64,000 bases of DNA, taken from contig NC_135803.1 of the NCBI RefSeq assembly GCF_964213995.1, positions 126,852,001 through 126,916,000 on the forward strand, in the 5' to 3' direction. Made by a program: the position numbers and the translations under genes. Positions 26,639 to 38,990 of the stretch are shown here, piece after piece. Position 1 is the first letter of the stretch, and each line of letters starts with the position of its first letter. This DNA is from Mustelus asterias. Lineage: Eukaryota. The notes under the pieces were generated by a model, which ran no database searches, had not been told where the DNA came from, and saw only the letters and a list, made by a program, of their open reading frames with translations.

Positions 26639-26945
26639 GGGGGACTTGTGGCGCAGTGGTAGAGTCCCTTCCTATGAGCCAGAAGCTCGGGGTTCAAGGC
26701 CCTTTCCAGGACTTGATAGCCATCAAAAGTGTGTTCATAACATGGGATTAGAAACGTGCAAAACCTTCTTATTTCCCTTGGCAGGTGGTACGAGCTGGGG
26801 AGACTCCTGGTCAGCCAGAACCTGCAAAAGGCAATGAAAAATCACTGCAGTACCTTGCCAGGCATAACCATGGACCAACACATGGAAGTCTGTGGTTTGC
26901 CAACACCCTCTTTTTAGGACATGCTATCTGAAGAGAGAGAGGAAG
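26639..26945 (+). mobile_element. tRNA-derived SINE
   Basis: A box TGGCGCAGTGG and B box GGTTCAAGGCC at 26648-26701, followed by a non-tRNA body. Confidence 0.6.
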
Positions 26946-27169
26946 AACAACAATGTTCAAATGAATTGCTCAAGAACAGGTAAATGGAAGATTCAAGTGG
27001 ATCTCTGAAATAGGATAACAGCTTTGGGAGTCATGAATGCCTATCTCTAACTACTTGTTAGGCTAAACTCTCAATAGATTTACAGTCAAATGCTTATCTG
27101 ATGTCACTCAAACTCCCACAATTCTATTTTTTGGCTCAAACCTCATCCCTCCTTAGATGGACTGTATTT

Positions 27170-28500
27170 CACAGAATCACAGTATGGTTACAACATAAGA
27201 GGCCATTGTACATGCTGACCCTACAAGAGCAACTCGACTCATCCTAATAATCCCCCCGCCTTTTGCCTGTTCTCCTGTAAGTCCTTTTCCTTCAGATAAT
27301 TATCCAATTCCCTTTTTAAAACGAAATTGAATCTGTCTCCACCGTACTCTCAAGAAGTTCATTCTAGATCATAACCACTTGTGATGAAAAACATCTCCTT
27401 CCTCATTTTGCCTCTGATTCTTTTGTCAATCACTTTAGTGATATCCTCTGGTTCCTGAACTTTCTTTCGGAGCGTTCGCTGCTCCTTTGTCAGGTGAGTG
27501 GCCACTCCCCTGACGAAGGAGCAGCGAGCGCTCCGAAAGCTAGTGGCTTGTGCTACCAAATAAACCTGTTGGACTTTAACCTGGTGTTGTGAGACTTCTT
27601 ACTGTGTTTACCCCAGTCCAACGCCGGCTTCTCCACATCCTGAACTTTCACCAGTTGGAACAGCATCTGCTTAAGCATTCTGTCAGAATCCTCATGATTT
27701 TGAGCTCCTCTTTCTAATCTCTTCTCAAGTTTCTCTTCTGTAAGGAGAACAGTCCCAGCTTTGCCACGTAACTGGTTCAGGGGATGAGAGACTTCATTCT
27801 TGTATATGTTTTCTGTATCCTCTCCAATGCCTTCTCCCAGAATTAGACACTATTCCAGCTGAGGCTGAACCAGTGACTTATTAAGGTTCGCCATAACTTC
27901 TTCCTTGCTTTTGTTCTCTACATTTCTGTTTGTAAAGCCCAGGATCCCAAATGCCTCATAATCACTTCCTCAACCTGCCCTGCCACCTTCGATAATTTCT
28001 GTACATATGCCCAAAAGTCACAATGCTCCTGCACCTCCTTTAGAATTGTATCCTTTATTTTATATTGCTTTTCTTTGTTATTCTTACCAAAATGTACCAC
28101 TTCACACTTTCCTGCATTAAATTTCATCTGCCACATGTCTGCCCAATTCATGAGCTTATGTCCTCTATAAATCTATGACGGATGAGGAAAATAAATTGCA
28201 GGGCTATGCAGGTAGATCAGAAAAAAATGGGACTGCCTGGAAAGCTCTGCAGAGAGCCAGTACTGACTTGATAGGCTGAATGACATCCTCATGTCATTAT
28301 GACTATTGTTATCCCCATAAGTTCACAATACTTCCCAGTTTTGTCATCTGCAAATTTTGAAATTGAACGCCTAGGTCATTTCATACAGATCAAGAGAAGT
28401 ACTGGTCCTAATACCAACCCATGGGTATCCCCACTATACACTGTCTTCCAATGTGTAAAAACAATCATTACTTTTTCCTGCCACTTAACCAACTTCATAT
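27170..28500 (-). mobile_element. Decayed CR1 LINE fragments
   Basis: WADMWQMKFNAGKCEVVHFGKNN ORF2 motif at 27918-28151. Confidence 0.85.
27464..27639. mobile_element. Penelope-like fold-back stub with head-to-head hammerhead motifs
   Basis: Palindrome centred ~27501; + strand CTGACGA..GGAGC/GCTCC..GAAAGCTA at 27510-27542; TSD TCCTGAACTTTC at 27453-27464 and 27638-27649. Confidence 0.85.
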
Positions 28501-29329
28501 CAGCACCCAACACACTTTCTTAAGTGTAGACGCAGGTTCATGTTTGCAATTTACTTCAGTGAGGTAATAGTCTCAGCATTGGGGACAGGTCACCATCTAC
28601 ACAGTTGTCAAGTCACCCAGGTCATTTTTACAAACTTCTCAGAGATCATTACAACAGCAACACTGACAGAGAGATCTTAAAGCAGATCATTTGGCCATCC
28701 CAGCAGTGTGGTACATTGGAGCATGGGTGAATCAAAGTTCAGAAAAGCAGGGGTGGGGGAGGAGAAATCAAATACCTGAAGCCGTATCATGGTTTCGTTT
28801 TCTTAAACAAGTGTACAGAACATAAATTTACTGATAAACAGAAACAATTTTTTGAAAAGGCAGTTTAGTATTCAGGTTAGTAAAGTTCAAGTTTCAGAAT
28901 AATTCTCCACATTTAAATGGAAAAAAAATCGTCATGACCTTTATTTGATGTTTTTCATTCAATCTGATTGATAAATGCCTGTTTAACTTTCATTTTTGCA
29001 TCAGAATTGCACGTTGAAACAGAACAGAAAGGAAATGCATTGAGCAATGATACCATGAATCATGTGATGCAGTGCTTAATGCTCCATTTTTGTGGTTTAA
29101 GAAAGGCATAAGAAACTGAATGTTCACTGCAAAATAATGCAACACAACAGTGACAGTTAATTCTGTACATCAACCTTATAGTGAATTTTTAAGGTATTTC
29201 AGTACTCTTAGCACCCCGCATTGACTTTGGCTAAGTCTCCAAACCACACAAACCACTCCTACTGTTCTCAGCACACATGTGAAACCCGATCCCATGTCTT
29301 TGGAAGCGTTGTCAGGGGAAACGTAGATA

Positions 29330-29590
29330 AGAAGAAAGGGGCCGAGGAAAGATGTTTCCGGGCTCCAAAGGTAATGATTTCAGGGCAGGAAAAGCAAAAC
29401 GATTGGAGCCAAAAGAGGTCAGCGCCCCAATGAGCTGGACAACGAAGGAGAAGCGTTTTAGGAATATGGTTGTGATTAACAGTATCAAAGATTGCAAGGC
29501 TGTCAAAGGGAATGAAGAGCAATAGTGCAACACAGTCACAACATTTGTCATTTTAACTTTGATTAGAGCTGTGGCAGAAACCTGGTGGAG
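29330..29590 (-). mobile_element. L2-clade LINE RT fragment
   Basis: FDSLAIFDTVNH resembles L2 LDLSAAFDTVDH; further L2-like pieces ~25430-25640 and ~49960-50480 (FVTSSLNYSNA). Confidence 0.6.
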
Positions 29591-29860
29591 TCAAGATTTA
29601 AAACCCCCAAGCACCCCTGTACTTCAGCAGTGGTGTTTTTAGTGTGTGCAATACACTGAAATTATACACTCTTTATACAAACTAAGTTAACTATGACTAC
29701 TCAACGGCATTTTACATCTGTTTTAGCCAACAAGAAACAGATGACAAAAGTACAAATGTATGAATAAACACATTTCTTTTGGCATGGATATAGTAATGAA
29801 GGAAGTGAGTTAAATGGTACCAGTTTGGGGGGGGGGGGGCGTTGGATGTTGTCAGCCCTT

Positions 29861-30132
29861 TGGCAGCAGCAGAGTGGTTAGCACTGCTGCCTCACAGTGC
29901 TAAAGACCCGGCTTGGGTCACTGTCTGTGTGGAGTCTGCACGTTCTCCCCGTGTCTGCATGGGTTTCCTCCCACAGTTCGAAAGACATGCTGCTTAGGGT
30001 GCATTGGCCGTACTAAATTCTCCCTCAGTGTTACCCGAACAGGCGCCGGAGTGTGGCGACTAGGGGATTTTCACAGTAACTTCATTGCAGTGTTAATATA
30101 AGCCTACTTGTGACACTAATATATAAACTTTA
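29861..30132 (+). mobile_element. V-SINE with alternative tail (…GTAAGCCTACTTGTGACACTAATAAA)
   Basis: Same head and core as the HE1-like SINE but a different 3' end; copies 31030-31183(+), 31612-31870(-), 32129-32354(-), 45228-45524(+), 61119-61395(+). Confidence 0.85.
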
Positions 30133-30424
30133 ACAATGCAGGGGTTGTGTAACACGGTTATCAGCAGTTAGTGATCAGAGAGACGGAGAGGATTTCACAA
30201 TCCTCCAGTTGACTAAAGGCAGGCTCTGCCTCCGGCTGCTCCCTGACTGACTGCATTTCCAGCTGAGGGACTGGGACCGCGCTCCGTAACCAGCCAGCCC
30301 GGCCCTGCGCCACCGCACCTCCCAACCGGCATCACCCCGGGCTCCCAGAGCGGGGCAGGGGCCGCGGCCTAGCCGCCTCCTCCTCCTCCTCTCCCCGGGG
30401 CCGGGGGCGGCTCTCCGCACTCAC

Positions 30425-30526
30425 CGTGTGCGACTGTAGGTTTTGGCTGGCTTCGATCACACACGAAAGCTGCACCGTGTCGTCCAACAGCACTTTGCCC
30501 GGGCTCTTCTTCTCCATGAACGCCAT
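30425..30526 (-). CDS. PXK: PXK coding exon 1 (PX domain containing serine/threonine kinase-like)
   Basis: MAFMEKKSPGKVLLDDTVQLSCVIEASQNLQSHT matches human MAFMEKPPAGKVLLDDTVPL...; Kozak gcaATGG; donor GTGAGT; 102 nt. Confidence 0.97.
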
Positions 30527-30675
30527 TGCGAGGCCGGGGGCTCGGCGGGCATGTGTGAGGGGCAGAGCGACCGCCGCCTCGGAGCTGCTTCAACCGGAGC
30601 CTCAAGCCGGGCAGCCCGGCCGGCCGGCACGCACAGAGTCCGCGGGGTCCTACACTCCACCGACTGCCACCCAGA

Positions 30676-30834
30676 GAGCGCTGCTGGCACCTTCCAGCCA
30701 CTGCCGGAGCGCTGCTGGCACCTTCCAGCCACTGCCGGAGCGCTGCTGGCACCTTCCAGCCACTGCCGGAGCGCTGCTGACACCTTCCAGCCACTGCCGG
30801 AGCGTTGCTGACACCTTCCAGCCACTGCTGGAGC
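30676..30834. repeat. 31-bp minisatellite, 5 copies
   Basis: Unit GAGCGCTGCTGGCACCTTCCAGCCACTGCCG starting 30676, 30707, 30738, 30769, 30800. Confidence 0.95.
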
Positions 30835-31399
30835 CTGGTGAAACTGACACATGCACACTGGCAAGTTGCCAAGTCACGATGCTGAACTGCAGCAGTGACC
30901 CCCAGGGTCAACTCTGTGTAGATAACTAAAAGTTACACCTGAAATTACGCCCCGATCCGATCATGTGCCCATTTTGCTAAACTGTCAATGTGCTGTCAGT
31001 GTACTGTCAATCAGTAATAAATGCAAACGTCCGAAAGACGTGTTGGTTAGGTGCATTGGTCATGTTAAATTCTCACTCAGTGTACCCGAACAGACGCCCG
31101 AGTGTGGCAACTGGGAGATCTTCACAGTAACTTTATTGCAGTGTTGATGTAAGCCTACTTGTGACACTAATAAACTTTTTAAAACAAGCATAAATCAGTT
31201 AAATAATCAGAACCAAACAAAGCACACCATACAATCTTACAATAAATTTGAAAATTGATCTTCCCATACACCGAACTATCATTCAAGCAGATTAAGTACA
31301 GCACAGCATATTTAAGAATATGAGAATGTGTTTTTTAAAAATCTTTTCAATGCTTAAAGTAACTCATCCTGGTTACAAAATGTATATTCTAAAGCGACA

Positions 31400-34300
31400 A
31401 CAAAATAAAATGACAAATACACTAGGGAGACTCCATGGATGAATCAAGACTTAAGGGAGCAACTAAAGATGAGGAAAAAGCATACATTTAGTACAAAGAC
31501 AACAGGAGAAGAGCATGATAGGAGAGAATACAAGCCAATCAGAAGTAAAAAAAAACGATCAGGAAAGAAAAGAGGAACCACAAAATTAGATTATCAAGGA
31601 ACATAAAACAATAAATAAAGTTTATTTATTAGTCATAAGTAGGCTTACATTAACACTACAATGAAATTACTGTGAAATTCACCTAGTCACCACACTTCGG
31701 CACCTGTTCGGGTCAATGCACCTAACCAGAGAGGAAACCGGAGCACCTGAGTAAACCCACACAGACACAGGGAGAAGGTGCAAACTCCTTACAGACAGTG
31801 ACCCAAGCTGGGAATTGAACCCAGGTCTCTGGCACTGTGAGGCAGCAGTGCTAACCACTGAGCCACCATGACATATAAAATATTTTGTAGGCACATCGAT
31901 AAAAAAGGAAAGCTGTGATGGGAGTAGGACCATTTCGGAAAGACTGGATAATACTTCAGGGAGCAATAGAGAGATGGCAGAATTATGAAATAATTATTTC
32001 ATTTTAGTATTTACCAGGAAGATAGAACAGGTAGACATAACATTGACCAATGAGATGAACAATGCGATAAATGCATTTAAAATTAAAAAGATGTATCATA
32101 AACTAAACAAACTCAAAGAGGATGACATTTTAAAGTTTATTTATTAGTGTCACAAGTAGGCTTACATTAACATTGCAATGAAGTTACTGTGAAAAGCCAC
32201 ACTCGGGCACCTGTTCGGGTATACTGAGGGCAAGTTTAGCATGGCCAATGAACCTAACCAGCACGTCTTTCGGACTGTGGGAGGAAACCAGAGCACCCGG
32301 AGGAAACAATTGCAGCCACAGGGAGAATGTGTAGACTCCGCCCAGACAGTGACAGGTAGGAAAAATAATTGAATCTTTACTGTAGGAAAGCATAGAAGAA
32401 CATTTAGAAATTATGAACATAATAATGATTAGTCATCATGGATTTTGAATAGGAAAGTCTTGCTTGACCAACTTTATTGAATATTTTGAAGATGAAATTC
32501 AACGTGGGCAAGTGCGAGGTCGTACACTTTGGAAAAAAGAATAGAGGCATGGACTATTTTCTAAACGGTGACAAAATTCATAATGCTAAAGTGCAAAGGG
32601 ACTTGGGAGTCCTAGTCCAGGATTCTCTAAAGGTAAACTTGCAGGTTGAGTCCGTAATTAGGAAAGCAAATGTAATGTTGTCATTTATCTCAAGAGGCTT
32701 GGAATACAAAAGCAGGGATGTACTTCTGAGGCTTTATAAAGCACTGGTTAGGCCCCATTTGGAGTACTGTGAGCAATTTTGGGCCCCACACCTCAGGAAG
32801 GACATACTGGCACTGGAGCGGGTCCAGCAGAGATTCACACGGATGATCCCAGGAATGGTAGGCCTGACATACGATGAACGTCTGAGGATCGTGGGATTAT
32901 ATTCATTGGAGTTTAGGAGGTTGAGGGGAGATCTGATAGAAACTTACAAGATAATGAACGGCTTAGATAGGATGGACGTAGGGAAGTTGTTTCCATTAAC
33001 AGGGGAGACTAGGACGCGGGGGCACAGCCTTAGAATAAAAGGGAGTCACTTTAGAACAGAGATGAGGAGAAATTTCTTCAGCCAGAGAGTGGTGGGTCTG
33101 TGGAATTCATTGCCACAGAGGGCTGTGGAGGCCGAGACGTTGAGCGTCTTCAAGACAGAAATTGATAAATTCTTGATTTCTCGAGGAATTAAGGGCTATG
33201 GGGAGAGAGCGGGTAAATGGAGTTGAAATCAACCATGATTGAATGGTGGAGTGGACTCGATGGGCCGAATGGCCTTACTTCCGCTCCTATGTCTTATGGT
33301 CTTATAACAGAGAGCATAGATGGTGGTAATGCTGTAGATGTGCTTTATCTAGATTTTCAAAAGGCCTTCGATAAGGTGGTCCATAATAGACTAATGAATA
33401 AAGTTAGAGAATGTGGAGTTCCAGACAAGTGGTAGAATGGATTGTTTTCTGACTTCAAGACAGAAAGCAGAAAGTGGAAGTAAAGGGTAGTTATTCAGAG
33501 TGGCAGAAGATTGGAAATGGTATTCCACAGGGATCAATATTGGGACCAGTGCCTTTCACAATTTACATTAACAATTTGGAATCAAAAATGCAACTTCTAA
33601 ATTTGCAGATGGCATCAACTTGGAGGGGCAGAATACTTAATATTTAGGAGAACTGTAGCAAGCTGGGTGAGACAGTGGTGTCATGGTAATGTCATTAGAA
33701 TAATAACACATAAACTTTGAGGGCATGGGTACAAATCCTACCGTGGCAGCTGGTAGAATTTCAATACAATCATTTTTTTAAAAATCTGGAATTGAAACCT
33801 AGTTTCAGTAATGGTGATCATGAAACTATCGTCCATTGTTATAATAACCCATCTAGTTCACTAATGTCTTTGAGGGAATGAAATCTACCATTCTTACCTT
33901 ATCAATCACTGAAAGTTGTGACATAGGTTAGCAAGGCCATAAAACAGCAAACCAAGCACGACGTTTTATTTCTAGGGGGACAGAACTGAAACGTGGGGAA
34001 ATTATGATAAACACACTTAGAGTACTGCAGCATTTCTGCTCATCATATTATAAAAAAGAAGCAATGAAGAGGGTGCGGAGAAGATTCACATGGATTAAAT
34101 GAGAAATGTGTGGGTATACATATCAGGATTCACAGGCTGGGTCTCGTTTCTCTCGAAAAAAGAAGACTGAGGGGGTAACCTAATAGAGGTCTTTAAAATG
34201 ATGAAAAGTTTTGATTGAGTGGATATAAAGAAAATATTTTCTCTTGATGGGGAAGAACACAACTAGAGGACATCAACAAAAGATAGTCACTAAGAAATTC

Positions 34301-34530
34301 AATAGGGAATTCAGAATAAATTTCTTTACCCGGAAAGTGGGAGCAGTTGAAGCGAATAGTCTAAATGCATTTAGGGGGAAGCTAGCAAGCCCTTGAGGGA
34401 GAAGAGAATAGATGGTTATAGTGATAGATTTAGACAAGGAAAGATGGGAGGAGACAAGTGGAGCAAACATACCAGAGTGGACTGCTCAGACCAATTGCCC
34501 CATTTCTATGCCATATATCCTATGTAATAT
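31400..34530 (+). mobile_element. Old CR1 LINE carrying nested SINEs and a younger CR1
   Basis: RT motif SCLTNFIEYFE...ITESIDGGNAVDVLYLDFQKAFDKV is split by the 32491-33305 insert. Confidence 0.8.
32491..33305 (+). mobile_element. Young 5'-truncated CR1 (second subfamily), open ORF2 C-terminus
   Basis: Uninterrupted MKFNVGKCEVVHFG...LYKALVRPHLEYC...FFSQRVVGLWNSLP; (TCTTATGG)n-like tail. Confidence 0.95.
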
Positions 34531-34818
34531 AATCCCATGCAACAATGCAGGTCTCAATGATGAAAAATATAATTAGCAGTTTAAAATTAACAATAAAATA
34601 CCTGAAAATTATTTTGTTTCCTCCTGCACCGAAAACTCTGGATGTAATTTTACACTTGTTTTGAACTGCTTTCAGTTCTGTACAGAGTCACATAATTTGG
34701 TACATCACATTTGCACGGGTTCTCTATTCATCCAATGCTATTCCCTAGCCTTCTCCCTACAATCCTGTATATTCTTCCTTTTCAGATAACATTGAATGCC
34801 TCGATTGAACATGCCGCC

Positions 34819-36158
34819 TGTAAGATTTTCATAATAGTATTATATTTCTAGAGGTTGAGTCTAGAGTAGACTAATGTTTATGAATGTTTAAGTTAGCCAC
34901 TATTAAAATACGTTCGTTTGAATTTCTACAATCAAGGTACTTGGGGCACAGGAAGGCAATTGCTTATGAGAAACTATACTTAATGAATTTACAACCTCAA
35001 TGGTGCTGCTAAGTCTGAATTCAAGGAGTTTTCTGCTTTGGAAGAATAGTTAACAGTATTGAGTTCAATGGATTGAATTTAGGATGACACCTTATGTTTA
35101 ACAAACCATCTATTACTTTACTTGACCTAGTTCAGAACGAAGTCTTTATTTTCTGATATTATGATAGGAAGTGTTCTTAACTTTTGAACTTAATGGCTTT
35201 AGTTTCTGCAGGCCTTGGATTAAAATCTGTTGTGATGTGGAGATATGTTGACAAGAGAACGTGAATATGACTGCTCTGTGCCTGAAGGAAATGCATAAAA
35301 TGTGATTGCAATTAAATGTAAAGTTCTGAGGCATAAGGAAGTAAGAGATCGGGGAGGCAATTATTGCTAGACTATTAAATCAGAAACTCAGCTAACGTTC
35401 TAGGAACCTGGGTTCGAATCCCACCATGGCAGATGGTGGAACTTGAATTCAATAAAAAAAATCTGGAATTAAGAATCCACTGATGACCATGAAACCATAG
35501 TCGATTGTCGGAAAACCCATCTGGTTGACTAATGCCCTTTAGGGAAGGAAATCTGCCGTCCAAACCTGATCTGGTCTACATGTGACTCCAGAGCCACAGC
35601 AATGTGGTTGACTCTCAAACGGCCTCTAAAATGGCCTAGCAAGCCATTCAGTTCAAGGGCAACTAGGGATGGGCAATAGCTGCTGGCCAGCCAGCAATGC
35701 CATGTCCCACAAATGGATAAAAAAAAGTTGCTTACGACCCTTAACTAAAGGGCTGCAAAGGCGGGGTGACACAAGATGGCTTGCACTCTATGTAAGAGGT
35801 GAATTTGGATGATTTCCAAATGGGGTAGTCCAGAATAATGAAAGGTGGGGATAAAAGTTGGAGAATTACTTTCCTTGTTGGCATAGTTTGTACCATCGCT
35901 TCAATGGTGCACTTCTTCTGAGACATAGTTCATCATTATTCTGAGACAGAAGAAGACAGACTGCTGTGCTGTCAGCATTCAAGGCATCTTAGACCCTTGA
36001 GGGTAAAGTATTTTCAAGCTGTCTTCACTGCTTCTTGTTAAGTACGTTTACATTTTATTTAATAAATTCTGTTTAATTCACAACTGTGGTCCCTAATGTT
36101 AGAAATTACAAATTTGGACCTTAGATCTTTTAATTAGAAGGGTTTTATAGCTTGGAAC
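34819..36158 (+). repeat. Long non-coding interspersed repeat (LTR-like, TGT...ACA), copy 2, with nested SINE 35350-35725
   Basis: Starts TGTAAGATTTT, ends GGAACA, AATAAA at 36061; similar to 16570-18020; interrupts a CR1 fragment. Confidence 0.7.
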
Positions 36159-37925
36159 AAACACCTAAGGCAGTGCATTCCAGTCCTTACCCATTTGCTG
36201 TGAGAAAAGGTTTTTCCCTGTGTCGCTTTTGCTTCTTTTGCCAATTGCTTTAAATCTCTTGATTTGGATTATTGATTTGCAATTTTCTGCTACCAAGTAT
36301 CATCCATTTAGAAAGCATCAGAAAAATCAATGACGAATCACTGGCCAGCAGAGAACCATCAATATAAAATTTGAGAACCGAAACAAGACTATTAAGTATA
36401 GAGTACTAAACAGTACTTAGATAGGGAGTAAGTGCAATGTTACTGGAGTGGAATTCATGTGTTTAGTACTTTATAACTGGAACGCGAAAACATAGAGCAA
36501 AATAGGTAGATGGTCCTTTAAGCCCAACAACAATGTTGAAATTAAAATAGAAATTGTTGGTTTGTCACTATTCCCACAGCAAGGATTAATTAAAATGTTT
36601 AGCCTTGTTCAATTGGGAGGAACAGAGTCATAACTATTGCTGAACAAACTCCCTGGTCCCGAACATCTATTTTTACAAGTATGTAGCATTATTGAAGTTT
36701 TGTTTTATATTTTTAAGTTTGCGCTCAGATATTTATATTTCTCCTTTAACCTCATGCGTATGTTCCAATTTGTATTTTACTTTCAGCAGAGTAATTTAAA
36801 TGGGGTTTATATTCTTTGCTTTTTACTTCTTGCATGCTATCTGTAAGAATTCTTCAATCTGATTGGCTGATCAGCCTGCCTGCTGTCTGCCCTGTCGCTC
36901 GATGGCACAGATTCCCTGTAGAAGACATCAAATTCAAAACGACATTGCAGTAAAGGGAAGCAATGCTCTCAATTCCACAAAATCTTTGTGGGCAGCTTCC
37001 TCAAGATCAGTGGCAAACACTGTTCCTTCATCACTGACTGAAGAATACTGGCCATGTTCTGTCTGGTGCATTTTACATTAAGGTACAATTCACAATGAAT
37101 AAATCCAATAGGGAGATGAGAAGAAACATCTTTACTCAGAGGATGGTTAGAATACGGAACTTGCAACTACAGAATGTGGTTAAGGCAAATAGCCTGGATG
37201 CTTTCAGATGAATATTAAATGAGTGCACAAGGGAGAAGGGAATAGAAAGATGTGCTGAAAGGCTGAGATGAAGCAGGACGAATAGGAGACTTATGTGGAG
37301 CATAAACACCAGCAGAGTGGTTGGCCTTTTATTTCTGTTTTGTCTGTGCTATATAATGCTATGTACACTATTATTCTAATGCAGAAGTACTATGAAATTA
37401 TGACTCATGAATTTTTCAAGATTTAACACACCAACATTTTCTGACCTATTTGTGCCATTTTATTGAAACCCTTATTGCAAAGGTACAAGTAAATTATAAT
37501 GGGCCTTAATTTGCTGTCAATATAATAATGACACTTGTCATTATTTATGCACAAATATACAGTGACTTCAAGCAAGGGCAGGTTCATGACTAAACTCAAA
37601 CATCTGGTAGCTACAGTCCTAGATGAGCCACTCTGCCATTAGCTTTACAAAGATGGCACTTCCTTTTCTGTCTCATCATTGAAATACATTGAATGATGTG
37701 AAGTTGCTGTATTTGCATGATAGATACAAACTAAACTTTCCACAGATTTTCATGTCCATTTCAGCCAATTTAATTTCTTAAACTGTGCAATAGATGCTAA
37801 TTACTACTGGCCAACAACAATAATAGCTTAATTAAGTATATTTAACCATTCTTAATTAAGCCTGGATTAGTTGACAGAGATTCTTTCAACAATGTGCTGA
37901 GTAGAAATTATCATGAATTTGATTT

Positions 37926-38250
37926 CATAGAATCATAGAATACCTACAGTGCAGAAGGAGGCCATTTGGCCCATCAAACCAACACCGACAACAATCCCAC
38001 CCAAGTCCTATCCCCGTAACCCCACATATTTGCCCTCCCAGTCCCCCTGACATTAAGGGTCAATTTATCATGGCCAATGCACCTAATCCGCACATCTTTG
38101 GAGTGTAGGAAGAAACCAGAGCACCCGGAGGAAACCCATGCAGACATGGGGAGAACATGTAAACTCCACACAGACAGTGATCCGAGGCCAGAATCGAACC
38201 CGGGTCCCTGGTGCTGTGAGGCAGCAATGCTAACCACTCTGCAACCATGT
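37926..38250 (-). mobile_element. V-SINE (HE1-like), CR1-type tail
   Basis: Similar to 3723-4064. Confidence 0.9.
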
Positions 38251-38990
38251 CACATCAATACAGTGAAAAGTATTGTTTCTCGTGCGCTAGACAAAGTATA
38301 CCGTTCATAGAGAAAGAAAGGAGAGGGTGAAAGATCAACTTATTATGAGGTAGGTCCATTCAAAGGTCTGATGACAGCAGGGAAGTAGCTATTCTTGAGT
38401 CAGTTTGTACATTACCTCAGACTTATGTACCTTTTTCCCGACGGAAGAAGGTGGAAGAGAGTGTGTCTGGGGTACGTGAGGTCCTTGATTATGCTGGTTG
38501 CTTTTCCGAGGTAGCAGGAGGTGTAAACATAGCCAATGGAATGGAGGCTGGTTTGCGTGATGGACTGGGCTTCATTCATGATCCTTTGTAGTTTCTTGTG
38601 GTCTTGGGCAGAGCAGGAGTCAGACTAAGCTGTGATACAACCAGAAAGGACACTTTCTATGGTGCACCTGTAAAAGTTGGTGAGAGTCGTAGTGGACATG
38701 CCAAATTTCCTGAGCCTCCTGAGAAAGTAGAGGTGTTGGTGGGCTTTTTAAACTATAGCGTCAGTGTGGAGGGACCAGAACAGGTTGTTGGTGATCTGGG
38801 CACCGAGAAACCTGAAGCTCTCGACCCTTTCTATTTCATCCCCATTAATATAGACAGGGGCATATCCTCCACTACATTTCTTGAAGTCGATGACTATCTC
38901 CTTTATTTTCCTGACATTGAGGGAGAGATTATTGTTGTCACACCAGTTCACCAGATTCTCTATCTCTTTCCTGTACTCAGTCTCATCATT
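38248..38990 (-). mobile_element. Rex1/Babar-type LINE 3' fragment
   Basis: WCDNNNLSLNV.K.KEIVIDF...INGDEIERVESFRFLG.QITNNL.WS.H motif. Confidence 0.85.

Larger units (their letters stand above)
30200..30860. promoter_or_regulatory. CpG island / promoter region of PXK
   Basis: Sharp GC and CpG enrichment spanning PXK exon 1 against an AT-rich background. Confidence 0.8.

Noticed and set aside
26639-26715. Possible tRNA gene
   Set aside because: A/B boxes present, but no convincing cloverleaf or Pol III terminator; continues into a SINE-like body
30369-30929. Long ORFs across the PXK promoter, and a CRISPR-like look of the 31-bp repeat
   Set aside because: Stop-poor GC-rich tandem repeat with no unique spacers, in a eukaryotic context
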